A stretch of 64,000 nt of DNA from Octopus sinensis (Eukaryota): positions 115,692,001-115,756,000 of the forward strand of contig NC_043001.1 in the NCBI RefSeq assembly GCF_006345805.1. Reading direction: 5' to 3'. The notes beneath the pieces are model-generated. The model ran no database searches and was not told the DNA's origin. It saw only the letters and a list, made by a program, of their open reading frames with translations. Of the stretch, positions 38,301 to 50,300 are shown piece after piece. Position 1 is the first letter of the stretch; each line of letters starts with the position of its first letter. The translations under genes were made by a program, and so were the position numbers.

Positions 38301-41300
38301 TTATATGCATTCGTTCACTGTTTCCCTATTTCAGCAAAAATGCCTTACTACATTTAAAACAACTCCACTTAAACTACATAGAAAATATTTAAATAAACAC
38401 ACTAAAAATAGTTAATCAACCTGAAAACTTCACTAAAACTGAGGGAGTAGTTTCCCAATATAAGTTTTGCCATCTTCACACCCTACTCCAACAAACCAAA
38501 CTACATCTCTCCTCTTACTCACATTTCCCCTTTTATGCACTATGCTTATCTCTTGCTCCCCAGTTCTGTCCACACTGCACTGCTCACAGTATCATTACTA
38601 TCCTGTTGTCCCCTACCCACTCTATATGCCCAGGTTTTAACAGTCACTGCATACCCCACCCCCACACACCTTGCATTCACTCTCTATACATGTACCTTGG
38701 CAACTCCCTCCCTTTTATATTCTAACCCCATGTCTTTAGAGCATACTCTTCCACTTTGCTACCACTTATCTCCTCCTGGCTCTTCTCTACCATCCCATTT
38801 ATATTCTGATCCCCATTCCTTATGAGCATGCTCTGGTGCTTTACCACCATCTCTCTCCTGCTCTCTTGCACTCTCCCTCTTTCTCCTGCTCTCTTGCACT
38901 CTCCCTCTTTCTCCTGCTCTCTGACAATCTCCCTCTTTCTTTTGCTCTCTTTCACTCCCTTTCTCTATTCCTTAGACTGGTTAACTATGTATCACTTCTA
39001 CAGCAACACACCCATTACTGGTCTCAATCTTGATCACTTCTTCTCTCTCCTTCTGACTGGGTAATCATGTATCTCCTCTACAGCAACACATCTATTTGTT
39101 TCTCTGTCATACACTAACTTTTCATCATCTGGCACAAGATCACCTCCAATGCCACATCCTCTCTCAAAGGATCTTTATCTTACAAGTTATTTGGTGACTC
39201 TGTTAGTGTTGGTGCCACATAAAAAGCATCCATTCCACTCTGTATAGTGGTTGGCGTTTGGAAGAGCATCCAACTGTTAAAAAAAACATGCCAAAACTGA
39301 TCTCAGTTGTGCTGGTGTCACATAAGCATTCAGTCCATTCTTTGGAGTGGTTGATGTTAGGAAGGGCACCTAGTCATAAAAATCATGTCAAAACAGAAAG
39401 CATAGCATGGTGCAGTCTTCCGCTTAGTGACCTCTAGTCAAAATGTCCAACCCATGCCAACATGGAAAGCAGATGTTAAATGATGATGATGATGGTGATA
39501 ATGATGATTTCTGAAAGGAAAATTATTTGTACTTACAAATGTAATACTGAGCAAGAAACAAAGCTAAACTAGACGCTCTGACATTAAAACCCAGAGCTGA
39601 CTATAACACTTAAACTGAAAGTAGAACTTTAAGTACTTTATGAATATATTAATAAATTACAAACAATTCTATATAACATAAAATAACATTCTAAATGATT
39701 AAAGAAGCATGTAACAACTTACTCTTATATCTCAAAGTAAAAACAACAGTTTCTTTTCCTTCGGAGTTTTCCACTGTTAAGGTATAAGTATCTATAACAT
39801 CATCTTTGGTGTCTTCTATCTTCAAACTAGTACAGCTTCCTTTGAAAGGAAACTCATTTGGGAAATAATCAGTTATTAAATATTTGTTTGAGTCAATTGA
39901 TTCCTCATTTTTCTGCCATTTTACATCAGATTTTGGATGCGAATAAAAACACTGTTTCAAAATTACAGTTTCTCCATTGGAAACATTTCTCTGTTTTGGA
40001 CCATTTGATCCTGAACTGAACATAGGTCTCACTGGTGGAAAAAATAAGAAAATATTAAAAGAGAAAATACACATGTACTAGAAATTAAATATTTTCTGAA
40101 ACTAACAATAAATATTCTAAATTATCAATTGAAGATTATTGTAAGTTTTTGGTATAAATATGATGAAATAATGCTTTCTACTATAGGCAAAAAAGCCTGG
40201 AATTTTGAGGAAGGGGCTAGTCAATTATATCAACCCCAGTGCTTAACAGGTACTTATTTTATCAATTCCAAAAGAATGAAAGGCAAAGCAGGCCTTGGTG
40301 GAATTTGAACTCAGACTATGATGCATATGGCAGTATAACCAAGCATTTAGAGTACTGATTGGTGCAGTATAGGAGAGGGTAATGTGAATTAGCAATGGCA
40401 AAAGGCCACAAGTAGTGGGGCATGGGAAGATAAAGGTTGCAAGCCAGCCACTGTAAGGAAGAAGAATGATCGAAAATGGGGAAGTAGGAGTTTTCTGTTG
40501 ATTCTGATGGTAAATATCACTTGTCACTTTTTACCATCAAGAGACCTGAGCTTGTCATACGGTGCTAAGAAAAAAAGGTGGTAAAGCTGACAGTTCCCTA
40601 AGAAGGTAACATCGAAGATGCTCTCCTCAGGAAAGAAAATATGATAAGGTGTTTAAACTTTGGGAAAACAATGGAAGAGAGGTAATATACCTTCCTGTAG
40701 AGACAAATGTCAGAGGATTTGTTGGAATCAGGGTTCACTTGATGCTCAGGAGTTTTGGATTAGGTGCAAATGACACAAAAGATGTTACAAGAAAATTGCC
40801 AGAAGTTGTCAAGAAAGCAACTTATTATATCTTCCTGAGGAGAGAGCATGAGTGACGAAGCAAGAATTAGCAATGAGGATGGTAGAAATAACTGATCCAG
40901 AGTTGCAACATCTGATCACCAAAGCTTGTGCTGTTGCATGCTTATGTTGTTGTTTACACCAGTAGGTGGCCCTGGACAGTTCTAGTGTCATGATGGAAAG
41001 GGCTGAAACACCCACAGAGCTGCTTTACTGCCCAAAAAGAAATCAATGCCTGCATATAAGTTTTTAGCTCCTTGATTGCAATTAAACAGACACTTGCTAA
41101 TTAGACATCCAGCAACTTTGTCAAAAATTCTTTTCCATCACTTTTTAACAAACCCAGTACCATGAACATATGTTGTATTTGCTATCCACAGTGAATCCAG
41201 TTTAACCTTCTACACACAACAAAACATTCAATCAGTTACTTTTTTTCAACTCTATTCATTATTTAAGATGTCACTATTATAGCTTCTAATTTAAAACTAC

Positions 41301-44300
41301 AAGTCAAGTGAGCAACTTCAAGTGATGTATAGAAGTGGATAACTTGGTCTCCTGATTATTTTTATAGATGTGGCCAAAGACAAGACACTACTGTGTAAAA
41401 TAAAGAGGAAGGTTTTTCAAAGGATTCAAATTGATATAATCTGTACAAGATATCAATTCAGAAATTTCGAGATTTGGGTAACTTAGAATGGGATTATCAC
41501 TATGTGATATTGTCTCAGATATCACCTTGAGATTATTATTTCCAAGTGACTAATCCATTACAAAGTTTGAAATTTGTGCTCAAAGATCACTTAATCAAAA
41601 ATGAAGAAATATGCAATTATCTGCATCATCTCTAATAAAGACAATCTCTACAATGCTACTCAGAAACAGCCTATTAGTTTCACAGCCAATATTTCTAAGA
41701 TTATGATGATTCATCAGCTCCTACTTTAACTTTGATCTCAAGACATCTGAAGATATATAAAACTAGGTCTCCTAGAAACCATTACCTTTATGTTACAAAG
41801 TGGTTTTCATGAAGGTCTAAACAGGATACAAACATTTCTCTTCTTTCTAAAGCTAACAAATATAATATGATATAGAATTTAAATGAAAACTCTATGTTAC
41901 TAAAAGTTTTAGGAAGATCTTAGAAAAATAAATATTTTTTGCCAAAAAGGAAACTAACACCATATGTATCTCTTTATAATTTGAAATAACAACAAATATT
42001 TTATGCTCTTGGTCTATAATTTAATTCATATGCTTCCAATTAATGTGAAAAAACACTTTCAGTTCTTTTCTGGAAATATTGATGACAATCACTTTATTAA
42101 AACAACTGAGTTGACAACTAAGTTCCTGCCGTTTTTCTAAATTTTGGAATTTATTGCATTTTTAAATTTTGGAATCTATTTTTTTGTTTCTAGTTAATCT
42201 TAGTTAATTTTTGTTTATTTTCAGATCATTAAAATGGAATGTCAAGTTAAGAGAAACGAGCATTTCCGATACTGCCTTCATTTTGCTTTTAATCAAGGTT
42301 CTAAGGCCGAAAAAGCTGCTCGTGACATTTGTGCTGTGTATGGAGAGGGTACCATAGCTGAAAAAGCCACTCGTGATAGGTATGTGGAGTTCAAAAATGG
42401 AAATTTTGACCTCGAAGACGCACCTTGTTCTGGTCGTCCAGTTGAGTTCAATGAAGAGCAATTAAACCAACTTTTGCACAAAATTTCTCATCAAATGACA
42501 AGGGAACTGGCAGAGAAAATGGAATGCTCTCACACTGCCATAGAAAAGCATCTTCCCTCAATGGGAAAGGTTCAGAAGTATGGAGCATGGGTTTTGCATG
42601 TTCTAAGTGACAACAACAAAAATTAACAAGCCACAATCTCCACTGGTTTCCTTGCTCATCACCACTCAACTGAAAGACACAAGCAACGATTTCTTTACTG
42701 AATTGTTACTGGTGATGAGAAATAGTGCCTGTACATCAATATGAAACAGCGTAAGGAATGGCTTAGCCCCGGTAAATAAGGGACACTGCGTGTAAAACAA
42801 GATCTTCATCAGTGTAAAACGATGTTGTGTATATGGTGGGACTGGGAAGGAATTATCCATTACGAATTGCTTGAACAGAACCAAACGGTCAATGTTGAAC
42901 TCTATGTTCAACAGATGGAACAACTCAACATGGCTATTCAAGAGAAAAGACCTAATCGGCAGCATAAAGCTCTTCTGCTGCATGACAACACCCACCCTCA
43001 TATCGCCAAAATGGCCAAGGAAGTCATTCAAACGTATGGCTGAGAAGTGCTGCTACACCCACCATACTCTCCTAATTTGGCACCAATGGATTTCCACCTC
43101 TTTCTATCTCTTTCAAGTGCTATGTGTGGATTTTCGTTCAATAATGATGCAGAATTGAGAGCTTGAATCAATTTTTTGAGCCGAAATCGGGTGATTTCTA
43201 CCAACAAGGTATTGAAAATCTTGTTGAACATTGGGAAGAAGTAATAAACAACAAGGGTGAATGCATTATTGATTAATTAGTTGTTATTTTTCATTAAACC
43301 TGTTAAAAAATTTTAATTTAAAAAAACGGTAGGAACTTAGTTGCCAACCCAATACAATTCTTCAGTATTTATATCTCAAACAATTCCTGAAAATTATAAT
43401 TAAAATTATCAATTTTATTGATACACATAAAAAGAAACAAAGTCCAACAATCTTCTAATGGGATAAAATTAAATAAATACCTGAACAATTTTACCATTCC
43501 AAAAATAAAAATTGAATTGTAAATACGAGGGGCGTTCAATAAGTAATGCCCCTGACCCACTTCCCATAGCAGTAGAGCAACGAAACTTGGCACAGTTATT
43601 AGTCTTTTTCTACATAGGAACCACCCAGAGTTATGCATTTCTCCCATTGTTTGATGCAGCTCTGGAGACCGTTATTGTAGTAGACCCCCAGCTTGGTCCT
43701 CCAACCACGACATGACTTCAGAAATCAAGGCTGCATCATCTGGGAAATGCTTTCCTTTCAAAAATAACTTCATGGCTGGGAAGAGGTGAAAATCAGAGGG
43801 TGCAAGGTCAGGAGAGTAGGGGGGATTAAGGAGGAGTTCATAGCCGCACGCCTGTGCTTCTGATCTGGCAACACACGAGTTGTGGACCGGAGCGTTGTCC
43901 TGCAGAAGGAGGATACCTTTGCTGATCTTGCCCCGCCTCTTGATTTTGATAGCTTCTCTTAATTTCCTCAAAAGTGAAGCATAATAGGCTCCTGTAATTG
44001 TGGTACCATTTGCCAGGAAATCTGGCATCACTACTCCGTCCTGGTCCCAGAAGGTGGTGAGTATGACTTTGCTAGCGGAGGGCTGCACCCTTGCCTTCTT
44101 TGGAGGAGGTGAGTAACGGTGATTCCACTGCATTGACTGGGCTTTGGTCTCTGGATCATAGTGATGGACCCAGGTTTCATCCTGTGTAATCAGTCTTTTG
44201 AAAAATTTTGACTCATCTTCTTGGCACATCTCCAAATTCATCCTCGAGCAATCGACGCGTTCTTGCTTCTGGAAAGGCGTGAGCAACCTGGGAATCCATC

Positions 44301-47300
44301 TGGCAGACACCTTTTGCATATGCAAATGGTCATGAATGATAGTTTCCACAGACCCGGTACTAATCTTGACCTCATGGGCTATTTGGGAAATAGTTATGCG
44401 TCGATCTTCCAAAATGGCAGCCTCAACTTGATGGACAAATGCCTCATCAATGGCAGAAGGGGGGGGGGCGACCAGATCTGGGAGCTGTTTCCACAGAGTT
44501 CCGACCATGTTTGAATTCACGATACCAGCGTTTTACAAGGTCATATGATGGGGCATCATCACCATAAGTTACTTTCATTTCATCAAAAGTCTCCCGTGGT
44601 GTGCGTCCTTTCAAATACAAAAACGTGATCACTGCTCGACACGCAACAGGCTCCATTTCACACTTGACTCAGTTCAAACACCTGTAAATAGGAAACCACA
44701 ATTAGTTCAGAGCTGTAATTTGCCACTTAATCTATAGAGATATAAATAATTGCACATGCAAAATTTCAGCTAGATCAAACAACTGCAAGTGGGTCAGGGG
44801 CATTACTTATTGAACGTCCCTTGTATGTTTTAAAAATAACTGTGGCTTTGTAAAATACTTGCCTGGAATTTTGTAGTTTGATGACTTAATCACAAGAAAA
44901 TCATCATTGCTTACATGACACTCCCATGTACCAGTATTACTGAAGGAAGGATTTATAGATAATACTTTTATATCATAAGTATTCTTAATGGTGTTTCCCC
45001 ATTTTTGCTTCAGTTCATATTTATGATTTGCTGGATTTCCACCAGATGCAGTGCAACTAATTATTATTTTATTTGGCTCATTTGAAATATGAATGTTTAC
45101 TTGAGGAGGATCTTAAAAAAATAAAATAAAATAAAATAATCAAGGAAGGGTTTCAATTTAGAAAATAGGATTAAGATTCAAAATTTCAGTTTCATACACA
45201 TTTTAAATTCAGATTCTATGATTGTCGTTGAACATGTTTCTCATACAGGATATCAAAGTAAAATACAGTAAGCAATCTAAACCACCACAATCTTGGGACA
45301 ATTTGAGCTTGGCCCTGTGGCTAATGAAATCTTTATAAGGTTTTTAAGATTTACAGGAGGTTGCAACAGTGAGATGTACTTCCATGCAGTACTTGTATCT
45401 AGATGGGTAGATTGTCCATTGAGAAATAACTGTATTCACCAGGAAGATAGTTTACTGAGGTGTACAGTAAACAAACAATTCATGAAATTTCTACTAATAA
45501 TATTCATAAAAATTGTCAACCCATACAGATATAAGAAATTAAAATCATTTCACAATGAAATTTCTTCACATAACATGCAAAAAATGCCTCTCAATAAGAG
45601 AAATTAGAAGCGTTCTTCAGTAGATCATGGGAAAAAGGATATATCCGTTCTTCATCACAATATCAATGTAGTGTTTAAATGTATCCATTTATGGTAATAG
45701 CATGATAGGAAGAAAGTGGTAAGATGCCAGACAAATGAAACCAAAGTAATTGAAAATACTGGGTCAAAAGATTCAAATATTAAGTTTTTATGTTGTTGAA
45801 GTTGATGTAGTTTTCATTCTGAGAACAAAATATAAATAAACTGAATAAAATAAATTATTGAAGTAAATACGTATATAGTACTGAGATGAACTTTTTAAAT
45901 GAACTCTTTAAATTTAAACAGTTAGCTTTGCTTTTTTTGTCTTCCTATCATTTTTAATTAGAGCCCTCTATCCAAAGTTATGGGTTTAAAACCAAATAAA
46001 CAGTTGTATATCTTTTGGTTAGATTTGAATGGAACCTTTACTTTTGATGCCCTTATCCATAGATGCTTATGATTTTCAATTGTACATCAGACATTATGCT
46101 TTTGTCTTGTCATCCCTAATCAAAGTTTCTCAATCTCTTCTGTAATGATATTTAGGGTTTTTTCATTTCCACACTGAAAAATTTGATAAATGCATTATAA
46201 ACATAACTCTTTGATTTATCCAAACTTGAAGACTGAATGTGACATCTTTGAAATTTGTTGTATTGATTTGATTGTATAACTAATACAGAATCTTTGTATG
46301 TTTCTAGGCGACTGTTTGTTGTAAAGTGGAGCTAACAGTGATTGGGGATTTCATTGCATACATATAGAAGAATACAGGTTATTTATTGCAGAAAAATATG
46401 GTCTCCAAATGACTGCTTATATTTGAAAAAATACTTCAATAGGATAGACACATTTTCTTGATGCTTTAAATCACCTCCTTTTCCTTCTCCTTCTTCATAT
46501 CCACTCTCCATGATGGCAAGGAAGGGTAGTCACATATGGGACCTTACTGAGACCGCTGTTTTCATAGACAAGTTGGAAGACTATGCCACATTTGGCTAGG
46601 TTTTGACTATGTTTCAATAGATAGATGTGCTTCCTATGACCAACCTGTACACAGAGTGTACTAAATGTATTTTAGTGTAGTACCACCACTAGAGAAGTTG
46701 TCATATCTTTGGCTAGAGAAGACCAAATACACATCTTGACTCTATGCTTTCTCTGTTCATTTACAGCTACTTTACAGAGTGTATTGGGTGCATTTTATTG
46801 TGGAACCAGTATTAAAGACGAGGTTATGTCCTCAGCAAGAGAGAACTGAAGGGATCTCTTGACTCTATGCTTTCTCTGCTTATTTACCAACACCTTAACA
46901 GAGTGTATTGTAGATATTTTTTCTCATCACTATAAGAGTAGTGAGACTCAAAACTGCGACAGAGTCCAGTGGATGATGTTTATTTTCCTACTGTAAATGC
47001 CTCTCCCTGGCCACTCAGAAACTGGAGTTGCCCAAAAAAACATAGCTGAGCCAAAATGCACATTTTATTGCTACATTTTCAGAAATATATATATATTTAA
47101 ATTGCTTAATTACTGGCAATATAAAGTGTATCTCACATTTTATTTGGAAGTTCAATAGTCTTGTATAGGCATTTTTATAAGTTATATTAACTAGTGACAT
47201 ATTTTGCAATAACTATTCAAAATATTGATCTAGTTTGTTTCCGAAAGTAGAACTTCACCAAAAAAAGAGCCCCCCCTCCCACCAATCATTGTGAGCAAGC

Positions 47301-50300
47301 AAATCACATTAAAGTTGATGACTTGAAAACTAGATCAATATGTCCCATTTTTCATGGGTGCTGTAAAATGAACTAAAAAAAACAAACTCTTTTATTAGTT
47401 TATTGAAATGTACAGCACCCATGAAAAATGGGACACTTCAATCAGTAAGAAGGGAAATAAATTTTGCTGGTAACAACTCATAAAAGAATATGTTGAGTAT
47501 CTACAGCTGGCAACTGATCTTGACAGAATCTTGAGTAATTGTGTGTTTGTAGATTATATATGTGTGTAACAAGTTATTTTGCATTTAATTTTGGCATGCC
47601 TAAAGGTGTGATTAGTGTGTATTCTACTCTGACATTATTGAAGTTGCATTTCCTTTCACAGCAGAAATGATTATGATGCTGCTGTCATCAGGACAATTTG
47701 TGATGACATTCATTTCTTCTTAAAATATGTTTTGGTTTAAAATGTTTGCCTTGCTCAGTAAATTTTTGTCTTTCCAGGTTAGCTCATATTTTCCAGTTTT
47801 TTAACAAACATTTTACTGAAAATAATGATTTCTAGGTAGGAGATGTAATCAAAAGTTTTATTGAAAACTTAGCTTCTCTAATTTCAAAATTCAGTGAGCT
47901 ACCTTCAGTTAAGGATAATAAATAAGTTAGGTTGGGTACATCATATGCTTTGCGACATCTTCTATGTGAACTGCATTAGTCTATTCAAATTCAAAATGAG
48001 ATAATGCTTCAGTGGCATTGAATATAAAATCAAAATTTTTAGGTTTTGAATTGATCCAATCAATAATTGTTTTGACAAATTTTGAGTTCAATGTCTTATT
48101 TATCAAGTTTCTATCCTAGGGAGAGATATTTCAATTAAACAGGTCTCTGTAAAGCATAAATTTGACACCTGTCTATCCATTAATAGTGCATAAGGATACT
48201 GAAATATTACAGGAGAAATTAAATGTGCCCACTTAAAACCTAGTAAAAAGGATATCAATATTTAGAAATTGGGCAGTTGTAGATGTTTACAGAATACACC
48301 ATTTGAAGTAGGGTGGTTGTAGAGAGCAAAATATGGACTTTAGAGACCAGAAAATTTACAAACACCCATATTCATTTAAACTGGAGAAATTGATGTGATG
48401 TTTGGTCACAATAAATCCCTTAGTAAAATCAAGGATCAACAAACCCAAATTATCTTTCAGTTCTTTTGTTCATATTTACAGGTCATGCTCTTAATCTGAG
48501 GGAGTTCTTTTGAAGCTCAACAACAATATTGCACAGAATGGATGTCATTAAAATAATTCTTAAAGTAAATAGAGTGAATACAGCAGGGTCAGTGTTAGAA
48601 TAATGATTTTTTTAGAGATCAGTCAACAAAAATTATTTGCAGACATTATCTTTCACAAACTCTCTAAGAGTGGTAAGACTGATACAGCTTATGTTCAGTT
48701 GTACACATCAATATCTACAGGCAAGTCATAGGTGAGAAGGGAATTTCACATTGTTCAACTCTAAGAAGGTTTGATTATGCATAGTGGTCAATGAAATACA
48801 GCATTGACGAGAAGAATGGGAGAGATAGATGTATTGGGTGAACTTGGATGGAGGTTGTTTAAAGCTAGGAGCAGTGATCAGAGAAATAATAATAGAAGAA
48901 GCAGAGAGAAGAGAAGCACGTGTATGGGCGAGAGATGGTATGTGTTACTGAGTCATTATCAATTAGTGGGGCTTTCACTGAGCAAATCTGTCCTGGGTGT
49001 AGGAGCAGTAATTCTTTGTGGATCTTACTTGAATTTTGTAGAAAATCAGTAATTGCTCAAAAGCTGAAATATTTTCTACTTCTGAAGCGAAAAGGTAGTC
49101 TTTAGGATACTGTTTCAGTTAGGTTATGTGGGTTTTCAGGATATATTACCAGAAATTGTGAAACCTACCTTTTATAGTGACTATGACCTTAATATTAATC
49201 AGTTTTGTCCTCTTCAGTTCCACACAGGCTGACTTTATTTTTCCTTACTTTTAACTGATGAAGTAGTATTGATTTCATGACTACACTCCTTCCTTAAATA
49301 ATTAACCACTTTACTGATCAAAAAGACTGAACTCCATTGCAGAATGATTGGTGATAGGAAGGGCATTCAGCTGAAAAGCCTATCACAACCCCCTAGCATA
49401 AAAAAAATCATATACACCAGAGACAGATGATGTAAGGAATATCAGATGATGATGGACTATGACAAGTGGCAAGGGCTGAGGTGGAACAAATCCTTCTAAC
49501 TCATGCCAGCATGGAAAAATAGGCATAAGACAATGATGATAATGATGATGATCATCATCATAGTTTAACGTCCACTTTCCATGCTGGCATGCATTGGACG
49601 GTTCGACTGAGGAGTGGCAAGCCAGAAGGCTGCACCAGGTTCCAATCTGATCTGGCATGGTTTCTACAGCTGGATGCCTTTCCTAATGCCAACCACTCTG
49701 ATAGTGTAGTGGGTGCTTTTTATGTGCCACCAGTATGAGCGCCAGTCAGGCGATACTGGTATCGATCACCTCAAATGGTGCTTTTTATGTGCCACTGGCA
49801 ATGACCATGCTCAAGTGGTGTTTTTTACATGCGTGTCGCTCACAAGTGAAGATGACCCACAAGTGAAGATGATTTTAGACACTTATGCAATCACAAGGAG
49901 ACATAAATGCCCTGTCAGTGTACCCACTCTTGACCCAGTAGATCATCAAGGAGGTGTTGCTTGAAGAGAGAGAGGGCTGCACCAGCACTTAGCTGGTAGT
50001 CATTTTCAGCTGAGTAGACTAGAGCAATGTGAAGTGATGTGCTTTGCCCAAGGACACAATATGCCACTCAATCTGAGAATTTATACAAAGAAGTAAAAGA
50101 CATTTGATGATGGTGAGGATATTAGTGATAGTAGTAGTAGTAACAGTAGTAGTAGTAGTAGTAGTAGGAGGAGGAGGAGGAGGAGGAACAAATATTTATA
50201 TTTAACATACATTTCAACAGGATATTAATTTCCTTTCTATCTCGGAAATTTCCATTCTTTTCACTCTTTGCAATGGCAGAGCAGAAAACACGACTGATAT

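Noticed and set aside
39520-39594. Possible alternative last exon LGFNVRASSLALFLAQYYICKYK* (GPI or secreted isoform)
   Set aside because: It needs a weak internal AG; the stronger upstream acceptor gives an immediate stop; hydrophobicity is marginal.
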